DNA from: Paraspadella gotoi
Lineage: Eukaryota > Animalia > Chaetognatha
Assembly: GCA_051294375.1 (NCBI GenBank)
Contig: CM119264.1
Location: 25,661,662-25,725,661, forward strand
Direction of reading: 5' to 3'
DNA: 64,000 nt
Below the pieces are notes generated by a model, which did not search any database, was not told the origin of the DNA, and worked only from the letters and a program-made list of their open reading frames with translations. Both the position numbers and the translations under genes were made by a program. Below, in pieces: positions 48,890-62,700 of the stretch; positions within the stretch are counted from its first letter, which is position 1; each line of letters opens with the position of its first letter.

Positions 48890-50260
48890 AATTTTAGCAA
48901 AGTTTTTTGAATTTTTTACAACGACTTGGTATTTGCTCGAATAAAGCATCTGACAATTTTCGGAACTCACAAGCTCTCAAGCCCGCTGTCAATGAAGGCA
49001 CTCAAAGACTTGCTAATACTCATTACAACAACGAAAGACAATGCGTTATACCATAGAAAATAGAAAACAAATCACAAAAAAGGTCAATGTAAGGCAAAGG
49101 AAGGAAAGCGAAGAAAGAAAGAAAGGAAGCGAGCCAAAGAAAGGAAAGAAAGATGGCGCAAAAATAAGCCCTTGATCAGATGTCAAGACAAAGCAAATAG
49201 TAGCATAAGGAGTAATAAGAAAACAAAAAGAAACAAAATAGTAACAATACTGTAGCCAAGTTGCTACTGCCGCCGCCGCGCGCTTTTAGCAAAAAAAAAT
49301 CGTCATATTTGAAAACCTCTCGGAAGATTTTATTTAATCTGAAAGATTTTTTTTTGCCATGGGCTGAAAAACCCCAAAAGTCCATATTGTATATTGCTTA
49401 ATCTTTCATATTGATATTCGTTTATGATTTTTATCTGGTAATGAGCGGAAAAGGTTGGCTCTTAAAAAAGTCTTTTTATTTAAAACTTACATTCTTTTTG
49501 TCTAACTTTCATGAAAATTTTTTAAAAAAAAAATTAAATAAAAAGATATTAATATTAACTCATCTTGCTGAAAGCCCTATTAAAAAATATTAACGAGAAT
49601 AATATAATTAAAAATACTGCTAATATCCTAAAAATAAGTCTATTCAGCTATTCCAATCATAACAAACTGGGTAATCAAAACTAAAGAAAAACTGCGTTAA
49701 TTAAATAATTGCCCAAAGAGCAGCGTTTTGAAATAATTATCATATTACAATGCTAACCATTTTTAATTTAAGTCTTCCTCAAGCATTTTTACATGATGNN
49801 NNNNNNNNNNNNNNNNNNNNNNNTGGCAAGTTGGAGCGGGATAAAGGAAAAGAAATGAAGGAAGGAAAAATGGCAAGAAATTGAATGAGGCCTTGAAAAG
49901 TATAAGTAAAAAGAGAAGGATTTTAGTCAGAAGTTTTTGTGAATTTTTTACAACGTATTTATTTGTCGAATAAAGCAGATCAAGTGTTTCGTGGACTCAC
50001 AAGCGTCGTCAAGCGCTGCATGAAGGCAGCTCAAAGACTTGCTAAGTCTCATACAACAAGCGAAAGAAATGCGATCTATACATAGTAAAATAGAAAACAA
50101 ATCACAAAAAAGTCAATGTAGGAAAGGAAGGAAATGGAAATGGGAAAGAAGAGAAGATGGAAAATAGAATAAGCCGTTTGATCAAATGTCTTAGATCTAG
50201 ATAAAATGTGATGGGAGTTAATATGAAACTAAGAAGAAACAAAATGTAATAAATACTGTT
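48890..50260 (+). repeat. Overlapping duplicate across the 25-N gap at 49799-49823 (48890-49250 vs 49915-50260)
   Basis: Shared gaattttttacaacg, tcgaataaagca, actcacaagc, ctcaaagacttgctaa and aaatagaaaacaaatcacaaaaaa. Confidence 0.88.
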
Positions 50261-51971
50261 ACAATAGCCTTGCAAGATTTTAGTAAATGTTTTTTACAGA
50301 ATTAGCGACCTTATAGTTACGAAAATTTTAGTCCCCCGTATATGCTACTTAATTTGGATTTTCTATCGTATGTTTGTTGTAAATAATGCGGATGCAAGTA
50401 AGTGCTGTTGCAATCTCTTGCAAAATTTGTGCAAGAATAAAACGGTTTTCCGATTAAGAACATGAGTAAAGTATCTAAAAAATATCAGTTTCCTCATGAA
50501 TCAAATTTAACCTTGTCCGGTGCAATTTAAAGAGCGAAAAAATACTTCATTCGTACATACTTTATGATTAAAAATGCCATAAAAAAATCATCTTTTGCCG
50601 TAATGATGTGATGTTTAAAAAGACCGAATTCGTCTGGCATTTTAAAAAGTCACTATTTTTTATTTTCCGCCTGTATAACTTTGAAGTTTAATAGATGTAA
50701 ATAAGGTATAAAATACAGACTAGAATCCTCTAGAGTAATACCTGGGGCTTGTTCTATGGCGGTAAATAGGTATTAGTTTTTAATTTGTTCAGGAGCGTAT
50801 GAATTGCTTAAATCTTGAAAAAAATTTTGAATAAAATTATATTAAGATTTGTCGTGTATACTTATCTAAGTTGAATGTGTTAGTTACAGTCTTCATTATC
50901 TGATCAAAACATTAATGCTTTTTAATGTTCGAGACCGTTCTTCGCCAAGCTTTTTACGATCGATATTCATAGTTGAATGGTATACGTAAAAGAAATTTAA
51001 ATTTTATAAAAAAAAAAAGATTAATTCAATTATGTACTTTCAAATTAGAATCTTTTTTAAAATTAAAGATTACGAAAAGATACATGTTCTGACTTGAATA
51101 AGGCGTTTAAAAACTAAATGTTTATAATAAAAAAATAATATAAAATTATAATAATAAAATACCAATAAAACGAATGAGTTATTAAACTTTTATTTTATTA
51201 TAAAAAATATGATGATTTTAATTTAAACTTAATCTCAAATAAATATAACAGGATTATATTAGGATGATGTGCGTTTAATTAAATCTTCATATCCAGCTTT
51301 TGAATAGCAGATGAATATTTGTTTATTATTATGAAGAAAAAAATTAAGGCTCACTCGTAATATTGATTATTTATATTGTTAATAAATTAAGAATTGTTCC
51401 GAAAAATTATTAAGTAAGTATAATGCAGTTAACTTTTCAATACTTTGAATATGAATATATGATATTAATAGCTTTTTTTAAAATATTTTAAGAGTTTCTT
51501 AAAAGTAATTTAAATTTTAGAAATTGATAACAAATAAACAATTTTGTTGATAAGAAAACATAATAATAGTGTTTTTTTTTTCTCTCTAAATTTCAATAAC
51601 GGCATACAATAAATTGATAGTTTTTATATACAATTGTCTGACGCAAGTATTTTATAATAAAAGTGGCAATATGATTATATTGAAAAATAATTTATTTATA
51701 GGCCCAACATAGAGAACGCATGGTATTTAATATATTAGAACATATTTGTATCTTAATTTTTAGAGAAGATAAGTCGCATTGAAATTTTACCTAATGAATA
51801 GATTCTTTTTTCTATTTTAAATTTTTACTGTATAGTTCAATTAAAGAATGAAATCTTTAAAAGAGTTAGGGAGAGGTTTCAGAATTTAAGACTTATGCTT
51901 TGTTAAGGATAATTGTAGACATGATTAAAGTTTATAGACATTCAAATTTTAAGCCATATTGACTGTTTCAG

Positions 51972-52230
51972 GGTGACGCCGGTGCTCATTTGGAGTGAGA
52001 AGCCAATCAGCCTCGGATGACATTAGGATTTACCGGCGGTTCAATCGTCCGAGCCGTATCCTATCCCTGCGGGGAAAGAGTGGTAGGTACGGCCGGTAAG
52101 TCCGTGCCTTGGGGGCGTGCAACCCTCAATGTCCTTGGTTCCATAGCCCATGACCCGTCCATGGTATCTGCTGAGGGGTGTTACTAATAAGTTACGGATA
52201 GTCATTCTTTGCCCAGGCTAGCGCTCTTAT
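51972..52230 (+). mobile_element. Possible tRNA-derived SINE or structured RNA island
   Basis: GC-rich ~260 bp island in AT-rich DNA. tRNA-like start gccggtgctcatttgg (A-box-like, 51983-51993), B-box-like ggttcaatc (52038-52046), and three complementary stem pairs. Confidence 0.35.
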
Positions 52231-55200
52231 CCACAAATTATAAATATAGAAAAAAAAATGGAAGGAAAAAAAAGTTAAAACGGACTGATTTAAATAGAGT
52301 CTCACAATTAAATAAACGCAGATTTCAGTATGTTAATTGAAGGCTAGTTATAATAGAAAGAGATGTAAACTTACTAGAACCGTTCTAAGTCATATGTCAA
52401 ATCAAAAACTAGGTTAAAATAATTTATTGAGTTAGGTTGGCCTCAGTATTATGTCTTACATTCAATGATAGAAAAAATGATTAAGTAAGGATTAAATTTT
52501 TGTTATTTCTGGTAAGTGAATGTCTCGTACAATTTAATTAATTCTTTTTATCGTAAAAGGACCTTTGCAGAGTTCGATTAATTATATTATTTGGCTGTGT
52601 TCTAGTTAAATCATGTCGGTTTTGTAACTTTTTTCCTTCGCTTTTTTTTTTAGATTGATATTTCGCAGAAAGCAAAAGTGTTTTTGAATATGTGTTACAT
52701 GAATGTATTTATATTTATTTAAAATGACGGACATGTTAATGATGTGATTGAAGGCTTTGGTAAGTCAAACTAGGCCGAAACAGTGTCCATCTCTTAAATA
52801 AAATAATATCGTTTATAGTGAGCGAATTTTTCCAAAAGAGTACTTGCTGTGCTTTAATATTAATCAGTAAATACAATTTGAAAAGAAAGGATTTTATTGC
52901 ATCGATGGTAGTGTTGTAGTTGATTCATAGCTTTTATTTGTTGAGCTGGATTGGAATTTTCATTATTCGAATAGCTTCTTTTCGATTTTTTTAGGCAACT
53001 TTGAATGTAGTAGGGGCAGCAAAATTCCGTAGACAGAGCAGGATGTGTTTGGGTAAATACATTATTAGGAAGTTTTTATAAAAATTTATTTTCAGTATGT
53101 GATAGGATATTATGGCTGTTACAGGATGTGGATATGTCGTAATAAAGTTTATCATGTAACGATTGATCTCAAGCATGAAGCGTTTAATTTGAAACCTTCA
53201 TAACTTTTTACAATTTTTTTACTTGAATCGTATAATGTAAAAATTTAAATAGGAAAAAAAGATACTGTATTTCATATTTAGGTATTTTCATAAATGGGAT
53301 TAGTTTTCTTAATGAAATTGTAAGGATACAAATATGTCGTAATGTATATAATACATAATGCAGTCTACTTGGTTTAGGCTATAAAATAATTATTTTTATA
53401 TTACATAATAATTTATAGTAAAATATTTTAAAAAATGAAAAAATATATTTTTTAAATACTATTAATATATATTTTATTTCAAGTATTAAGAATGTTAATT
53501 GCGATTAATACTGTTATATATTTGGAACTATTTATTTAATAACAGAGTTATTATATTGAAATGATATTGAGTGTGAGCGTAGCGTTGTGATTACTTTAAT
53601 GTATAGTCCTTTGGTTAAGATTTTTTTTTCGATAAAAATATATAACATAATATGTGATTGCTATTAAAAAAGCTGGATATGATGACGTTGAATTGAGATA
53701 GCAGCATTCAAGACTAAGTAATTATACCTGTTATTTTATTTGAGTATTAAGTTTTAATAAAACATCATATATTTTATGTGTATAAGTAAAATAAGTTGAT
53801 AATCTGTTTTATTTTATTGTTTTGATAATTGTTATATTAGGTTTTTGTAGTTTTAAGAACATTTTGTTTAACAGCTGTCTTATAAGTAGTGAGGAACTGA
53901 TTTGTATGTAGTCGTTTATTTTGTAAAAATAACGAATGTTCTATTTGTGAAAAGAGTTACTATTAAATTTGATTTATCTTTTTTTTAAAATAAAGAAATT
54001 TAAACTTTTTACGGGTATAACTTGCAGGATGATAGAAAACCTATCGTAAAAAGTTTTGGCGGCGAGAGGTCTCATAATTGAAAGCTTTATGTTTTATAGA
54101 TATATGAATAGTATAATGATAACGATTTCTATACTTGTCACAGACACAGACAAAATATAAGTAGATATAAAATCATTTTTTCAATAATTTTTCGTAATTA
54201 GATTTTAACGAATTGCATAGCTTCCTGAACATAATTAAAAAACTAATAACTCTATTTATGTCACAATAGAAAGCACTCAATGCGGGTGTTGAGCTCTTAG
54301 AGGAGTTTAGGTCTTGTTTGTAGACCTTATTGACAAATTATTTTCAAAGTTATAAAGGGAAAATAAAAAAAAGTGTGACTTAAAAGAATGTCGGGATGTA
54401 ATTCGGTGTTTAAAACAGTCAATTAATTGGAAAAGTATGTATTTTGGAATTTTAAAATAAAGTAGTGTGAAAATGACAAGGTATTGTTCTAGCTGTCCTC
54501 TTAAATTATGGCTGGTTTTAATAATTTGTATGTGTCGGGATATCAACTGGAATTAAATTTTTTTTTTTATAAAAAAGGAGTTTAAAATCTTTTAAATGTC
54601 CCATTTGTTTAATGAGGGAAAAAAAAAGGAAAAAACTCGGAGTAATTTTTGTGCAACACTATGTATCTGAAAGAGAGGTTGCAGAGCACTTAATTGATCG
54701 ATATCCTTATAAAAAATCAGACTGATGAGTGAAAAAAATATTAGTTAGCATATAGGGGATAATTTTGTTACTTATATGTGACTATAAATTCTGTTAAAAA
54801 ACACTTTATAAAACTGTGTAGATGGTTCCGTAATAATTTGTACCATTGGTGTGGCTGGCCGCTGCTGGACCCCGCAACTATCACACACTAGGAAGATAAT
54901 CGTCAATATATATTGATAAAACGCTTGCGAAGTTTTGTCTAATACTGTATAAGAGAGATTTTTTGCTCGCCTTTGGCAGCGATCGTTAGTTACGATAATA
55001 CAAAACCAATAGTAGCCATTTACTCATAAGTTTTCTAAGTGATCTCTTGTATAAATTGATAAGGTTTAATTTAATTTTTAAAATTAAAGTATTCAGAGTT
55101 TATAATGTGGAGCAACCTACTTGGTGTATCAGAAAACGAGTAAAGGAGTATGCACCTTAATAAATAAGAGTACTATGTGTATATATTTGTAAAATTCTCA

Positions 55201-55419
55201 TTCTATTTAATCTTTTGTCTAACTTCTCGAAATATGAGAAAATCACAGTCTAAATAAAAACGGGATAGATAGTACATATATTAAAGTATGCTTTGATTTA
55301 TTGTCTCTTATATCAATATTAGATATAAATTAATAAATTATAAATGTTAATATAAATTATATAACGTCTTTTATTCAGCCTATTAAATCAACAGAAAGGT
55401 TATATTTCAAGAACTAGAA

Positions 55420-55765
55420 AGAATTCTGTAAATTATAATTATTAATTAATATGTCCAAATGTATGAGTTGCACAGGAGATGTTGAAACAATAATTATCAT
55501 TATTAAAATGCTCTATATCCTATGTTTAGATGCTTCTTCAGTCGTTCTCTCGACAGCTTTGTTTATTGTAGTTACCTATTATTTAAAATCAACTCTAATG
55601 CATAAATCTTATCATGATTTCGAGTCTCTCAAGTATCAGATTATAGTTATAAGTTCATATATTGTATGATTATCGTACAAGATTGAAATAGTTAATGATT
55701 TGATAACTAGTTTATTTGACTCTCAGCTGAAGAGGAATTAAATCGGAAGACATGCGTAAAGAGCG
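55420..55765 (+). mobile_element. Possible degenerate Penelope-like 3' remnant (GIY-YIG C-terminus plus hammerhead-like core)
   Basis: ctcgacagctttgtttatt..ttaaaatcaactctaat resembles LESLFI..LKPTLN. ctgaaga-ggaattaaatcg-gaaga-catgcg-ta at 55727-55758 resembles CUGANGA..GAAA..UH. Both need corrections. Confidence 0.22.
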
Positions 55766-56199
55766 GAACTTCAGGATAAAATATAGAGACAAGTGGCTTG
55801 AGTTCACATGAAAAAAAAAAGGGAATTGATATAAAATATCTACGTTAATGTTTTTTTATTTTTAAACTAGCTTAGTTTTATCCTCACACTCACACCACCA
55901 CACACCCTCAGATGTAAGTAAAAGAAAAGGAGGAGAGAAAAATTTCCGCACCGCGAAGATGCGAGATGGGAAAGATTCTTATTCAGCCATTCGTTTTCTT
56001 CATTCACGATTCGAACATTTTGTATTCATAGCGAAGAAAATGCGAAGATGAATATTCTATACTCTCGAACGAAGGAGCGAAGTTTTGGGTTGAATTCGCT
56101 GGACGATCAAGACGGGAAAGACCTTCAAACATACCTAATTCCCTTTTGGTATCCCAGTTGCCCATCCAAATGTGCTTGCCTCCTTTCAGTTGATAGAGA

Positions 56200-56236
<37 letters not shown>

Positions 56237-59200
56237 GAGAGAGAGAAGAAGAGGATGCAGAGAGGAGGATGAGAGATAGACAAGAGAGAGTAGAGGGTAA
56301 ACGTCTCTCAGCATCTTTTAGGTCAAAGATTCCTCATCATACACTGGCGTCGACCGCCATATGATGACGGGTAATTCTTTCTGGGGCTGCTCTCAAGGGG
56401 TCGTGCTGCTCTCTCTTCTCTCTCTCTCTCTCTCTCTCTCTCGTCTGCTTCTCTGCCTCTCATCTCTCTGCCTCTGCTCTCTCTTTCTCTCGTCGCTCTT
56501 CACTCTGCTCTGTATCTCTAATAGCTTTCGAGCAGCGGACTTTCGCCGAATTCTTCTCTAACAGATTTCGAGAATTTTAAAGACCCAAATTTTTGCGGCG
56601 AAGCCCATAAACTGTTCAGAGCGATAGTAGACGAGGCGATTTGAATGGAACTTTGTGTTTTCTTTGGTGAATCTTTCTACGGCAGTGAGGATCTCGGCGG
56701 AACCAGTCCGGAACGGGACGGATGGATTTTGAAGAAAAAAATTTCTGTAAGAACGTTTATATCTTTAAAATAAAGTGCTACAGAATAGATCGATCTTTTA
56801 GATCTTAAAACTTAAAATTTTATAAAAGATACTCTAGTATAGTTTGAGGAGTAACAATGAATTTTTACCTGGTGATATGTATATTCCTTTTTCGTTTCGA
56901 GTCAGTATGATGCGCAAGTTTATACATTAGGTGAATCGTGTCTTTACGGTTTTCGTTACTGTATTTTCTGTTTGCGGACGAATTCGGGGGTCACCAGCGA
57001 AAAAAACCGCTCGGGTGTCCTTATCCTGGGAATAAAGATCCTTCGCTCTTTGATAAAAAAAAAAGTCTTTAACGCGTCGCGCCTGACCCCCTTGATATTC
57101 CAAACCGGTCTTGGCCACCGCCACTGTCTTTTGGATTTTTTTCCCCCGAGTACTGGATCGCCTCTTGTTGGCTGCTCGGAGGGGTGTCCCCACTTCCCGA
57201 ACACCCTTTTCACCACACCACCAATCCCAAACCCCCTTTTTTCTCCACGCTGTCTCCCAGCTCACGCTTCTCTCAACATCGCTCCTCAGAATCAGCCCTC
57301 CCTAGAAGTCCCAGCTTTCTCGGGCGGAATTTGACCTTGTGACCCGCGCGCGTGATTCCGGGGTCGGAGATTCGAAAACTCGCGAAGACCGTGGTGTTCC
57401 CCTTCGGTCGGCGAAAGACTTAACCCGATGTTGTTCTTTGGAACGTCGGACGATTATTTTTGAGTTCGAATTTGCGGTGGAGGAAGAGGGGGGGAATGAT
57501 GGGATGTAGGAGGAGGAGGATGATGGAGAGGCGTCGCCCAGGATCGGTCGCTTCGGGAGTTGAAGGATCGTGATCTGGACTTAGGATTCTAAGACTTTAG
57601 GTCGTGTAGTGTTTAGGTTATCAATGAAACTTTACAATGTTAATAGATTGCGCTCTCATCTCTAGGATGTCTGGCTTCAAGTAATCGGTGTTCCCTTGAG
57701 TGATATTAATAATTAGTAGAAGTCGTCACTCTATTCTGCAGTTGACGTCAGCACAATTTTCTCGAGTGTTGCAAATAAGAAGGATATTAAAAGGTCTATC
57801 GATGTTTGAGAGGGCAATTTGATCATCTGTAACTTTCGAATAATAACACAATGATAGTGATCGCTAAAACCATTTATCATCTCGGCTGTGTTGTGGATTC
57901 ACATGTTGCCCCAAGTGATATGTTAGACTGACTCGGAAACGTTGTGGAGCGAAGGGAAAAAAAATCCTTTTGTTGGAGCCAAAGATATAAATGGTCGGTC
58001 TCCCTATTACGGTTCTTAGGGACAGCATCATGCTTTCTGTATCGCGACTTTATGGGGTCGAATGGGGGAGATTCTCTCTCACGATAGTTTTTGCGATCCG
58101 GAGATGTGTTGTCAGTCGGTGTCTCCGCTGTTATGGTCTGGGTCGGTCTGACTTACATCATATTTCTTGTGGAGATCTCTCGGTCTCTCGTCTCTCTCTT
58201 CTGCTCTCTCTCTCTCTCTGCTCTGTTCGTCTCCTCTCTCTCTCTCTCTCTCGTCATCTCTCTCTGCTCTGTTTCGTCCTGTCTCGCTCTCTCTGCTTCT
58301 TCTCTTCTCTCCTCGCTCTTCTTCTCTGCTCTCTCTCTCTTCTCTTCGTCTCTCTCTCTCTCGTCTTCTCTCTCTCTGCGTCTACCATCCAGCCCCTCTC
58401 TCCGTATAACTACCTTCGTGTCTCACTGCCCCTGCCCCCCACGACCTGGCCATGATGAAGGCTTGAGGAAGGTAGATCGGCCTTAAGGTCAAAATGCCGC
58501 CGGTCTTTCTCTCTGCGGGGGGGGGTGGATGGGAGAAATAAATGTACTATGATAAGAGGGTGATGAAAAAAATCGTTTAGGTTGATGGATGAATTCGGGG
58601 AAAAGACGGTGAGGAGTTTAATAAGGTGAGGCGAATTTAAAAGATATGATAAGGGTGCTGAAAATGGAAGAGAAAGATGGTAGAGATGGATAAGAAGATG
58701 GGAGAGAGTAGGATAGATAGAAGCGGAAAGGAAATGATAAGAAAGAGAAGAGAAGGAAATAAGGAAAGGAGATGTAGGAAAGAAATGAAAGGAAGATAGG
58801 TAAAGAAAGAACGAAAAAAAACGAAAGAGAAGAAAGATGAAAAGGACGAAAGAAAAGAATAGAAAGAGGAAGAAAGAAAGAAAGAAAGAGGAAAGAAAGA
58901 AAGAGAAGATAAGAAAGAGGAGAGGAGCAAATAAAGAGATAAGAAAAGGAAAATTGTAAGAATTAAGAAAAAGAGGGGAATTTCAATCATGATTCAAAAG
59001 CGAATATTCAAATTAGATTAGTTCATGAAAGGAAACAATTAATACTAAGCATATTTGAGAATGAGTGATGTGAATAATGGCGATGAGAACAGATTGTTAA
59101 GTTGAATTTGTTCAAGAAAAGAAAAAATTCGTATGAATGGTCGTTTTTGTATAGTTTAAAAAAATGCGAGGAGGGAAGTCGAAGTTGTTACAGCTATTTT

Positions 59201-59628
59201 CTCTCCACTGCAATTGAAAACAGGGCTGCGAAAATAATAAACAGTTTAGGGATCAATTTATTCTCTAATAAAATAGAGGCTTATCAACTCTCTTTTACAG
59301 AACTGAAATATTGTATTTCCATAACGTTCGGTTTTAGCGTAACGGGTGAAAGTGAAACATTTAGTTGCGATCATTGCTATTAAAAACTATTTAAACTATT
59401 TTTAAATAATTTAAAAAGTTCTAATAAGTATTGCTTTGAAGTCTTAAAACGCTCCCTGCTCCTTCGTTTTTTTCCCGCTAAATAATCGGGTTTTCTCTCA
59501 AGACTGAACGAAACTTCGAGTTCATGCAAAAAGACGAAGGAGAAGCGGTACAAATTTTCAAGATGATGGAGTTTTGGATGGGCAAAGAACGGAATTGCAT
59601 ATCCGTGATTTACCAGATTCGAGATTGA

Positions 59629-59715
59629 GGCCAATCGTTGCGTCGTTACAGGGTCGTCGTCGCGCATGCGTCGTTCGTCGGTCTGTTCACAATTTCTCCA
59701 GTTACGACTTCCGCT
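59629..59715. promoter_or_regulatory. Promoter-like motif cluster (CCAAT, NRF1/Ewg-like, ETS-like)
   Basis: ggccaatc at 59629-59636, gcgcatgcg at 59662-59670 and acttccg at 59707-59713, within a CpG-rich patch. Confidence 0.25.
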
Positions 59716-62700
59716 TGGTGGTGAACCAAGATGTGTTGGGTGTGTAGCGTTGAAATAGATTGAGTGGGGGGGAAGGAGCTGTTGGAACCTTTAGTGCATG
59801 AGGATGTCGCTTGAGTAGGGTATTGTCAATAAAGCGTAGCAAAGAATATTAAAATCAAGTAGATTGCAGAAATTGTCGAGGCTTGGGTGGTATGCCTGGT
59901 GAATACATTGAGTAGTATAAAATAAGAATATGTTATTTTTAATCTCAAGATTTCGCATACGCCCATATTGATACATGAGTAAGTTTACCATAGAAAATGT
60001 GTAAAAATTTTAAGATAGGAATTTTCTTATTTTGGAATTGCCTCACTGAAAAAGTTGATAAAAGAGAAGATATGAACGGTCTTTTCAAAAGATGATTTCA
60101 TTAAGTGGGTCAAAATGCCTAATAAAGACTGTTTATTTGTAAGCCTAGTATAGTTGTATATTTTTAGTATGAAAAAATTATAGTTTGTTGTTTAATTGGT
60201 TTTACTAACTTAATGATAAGTAATTTTTTGATAGACTTATATTTATCTTTGATAAATTTTATGAGGATTCGATATCTGTTTAAAAATTAAAAAAATTTTT
60301 AAAATTGTTTGACATTCTTATTATGAGTACTAGTGGGGCGTATGTGAATGATGATGAAATTTATAAAAAAAATGGTGTGTTCAGGAATCAGTTGTTCGTA
60401 GTACAAAACGTTGTCAGTGAATTTTGATCGTGCAATCTTTCACTACGCGCTTAGTAGGTCGAATGAGTGTTTTAGAGATATTCAGCTAGATTTAAGAAGT
60501 CAAGTGAAGTATTGTGTTAAATGTTTACGTCGGCAAAAATGATTGAAGCAAATTCATAGAGTATTGCAAGAATCGCAGGGTATTTAGAACTTGGTGAGGA
60601 ATTCTGATTTTAAACAAGAAAGTTGGTGACGACAAAAATGTGACGACGATGAAATAAAGCATTCACCGTGTAGGGCAGCTCGGTTAAAATGTGACTTACA
60701 CAACAGAAAGTTTGTTTGGACCGCGGACGTGATCAGCTCGTTCACAGGGGTAAAGGAATGGGAGAGTTCCAGGTGTTAAAAATACAGAATAAAATGGTAG
60801 AATGAGAAGCGTGTGTGATGAAAGAAAGCGATTCACGAGTCTCGGTGAGGAGAAAGCGAAGTTAGTATGTAAAGAAACAAGAAGAGAGTCGAGAAAATAT
60901 GAAAATAAAAGGACTAAAGAGAGAGAGAGTAAGTGTGTGAATTGCTGTGAAAGGAGAAAGAAGTCGCTGAAATGGTAGAGGGAGAGAATTAGAAAGGGAA
61001 ATAGTAAATGGAAAAAATAATGGAATGGAAAAGGAAAATGAAATATGCTGGAAAGGTAATGCGAAAGAAAATGGAAAGGAAGGAAAGGGAAAGGAGAATG
61101 AAAAGGAAAGGAAGGAAAGTGAAAAGAAAGTGATGAATGGAAAGGGAGATGGATAGAAGGAGGAAATGGGAAGAGGAAAGGGGATAAGGGAAGTGAAAAG
61201 AAATGAAAGGAGTTGAGAGGAAAGGAAAGGAAAGAAAGGAAAGGAAAGGAAAGGATAAGAAAGGAAAGGAAATGAAATGAAATGAATGAAATGAAATGAA
61301 GATGAAATTGAATGAGAATGAGTAATGAAATGCAAATGAGAATTTGAAATGAGAATGGAAATGAGTATGAAGGAATAGAAAAGAGTAAAAGTAAAAGAAT
61401 AATAAAAGAAAGAAATGTTACCAAAAGAAAGCCGAACAGGAGAGAAGGAAAAGGATGAATAAACCGACAGTAAAAAAATATAGATAAATAATAAAGAACT
61501 CAGTATTGGTGTTCTTTTTTTTTGTTCTGTTCGAGCGAAGTTCTGAGGGATGATTAATCGATTGTGCCGTGTCAGTCTCTCTCGATTGAGTGTGGTTTGT
61601 GTGGCGTGTCCGGGAGAGCGAGGTTACGCTGTTAGGTGGAGTGGAGGAAAGAGATGAAAAAAGAGTTGAGAGTAAGGGTAGGATTGGTAGAAGGAGAAGG
61701 GAGGAAATGAAAGTGAGGAATTGATAGGAAATGGGATTAAAGAATGAAAGAAATGAGAGGGAAGAGGAAGGAGAATACAAAAAGAGAGGGGAGAAGGAAT
61801 TTAGGAGTATCACAAGATGCTCATGTAGCCGCGGTTGCCTTTCGGGGGCGAGGTTCGTGTTGCTGCCCGGGCGGCTAGGTCGCGGTTAATAAAAGCCATT
61901 GTGGGTCCGCGTTCCTAGCCGTGTGGGTCTTTGTGCGTTGGGGTGTTTTAAAGGGATTGTCGCGGTTCGTTGGTTCGGGGGAGGTTCGCTGTTTTGCGTT
62001 TCGACCAGGGAGGTCGCGTTTGGTTCGAAGACGCGTTGGCTGCGCTATCCGATTCGGCCGAAAGAAAAGTGGGGGCTCGCTTAAATGGAGCGAGAATGAA
62101 TCTGGGGGCGGGGACGAGAAGAGAAAGTAGAGAAGGGTAGAGGAGAGAGAGAGAAGTGAGATTGAGAGAGGGATTGAGGAGGGAGAGGGAAGAGAGGGAG
62201 GGGGAGGAGGAGGCGGTGAGGAGAAGTAGTGGAAAGAGCGGGAAGAGGGGAGAAGGGAAACAGTTAGAAGAGTGGAGAGTCGGCGAATACGATCGACGGG
62301 GACAATAGCAAAAAAACCCGTCCACGCGGTCTGGACCCCCTGCACTGAGGGGGGCCGACCCTGTAAACAGCGGACGCCGCGGGGACGGGGTGGACCTCCG
62401 GGTGAACAAACATGAAAGCGACATCGAACGGGAGGCCGGAGGAATCGTAAACAAATACGCGGCGGGAGGAGAGGACGGATCGGTAGGACGAAGACTGAGC
62501 GACGACGATATACGATCTACGAGCGCGCGCGTCACGTGTCTAGAAAAGCTCTGTTTTAAAAACCTCGGGTGATGGATTATTATAAGAGAGAGAGATGGAA
62601 AGAAAGGAGAGAGAGAGATGGAGAGGAAGAGGATGGAGCGGGGAGGAGAGAGAGGAAGAATGGAGAGAGGAGGGAGTTCAGAGAGAGAGATGAGAGGGAG

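Noticed and set aside
51978-52056. Functional tRNA gene
   Set aside because: A/B-box-like motifs are present, but a full cloverleaf with acceptor and anticodon stems cannot be formed. Kept only as SINE-like.
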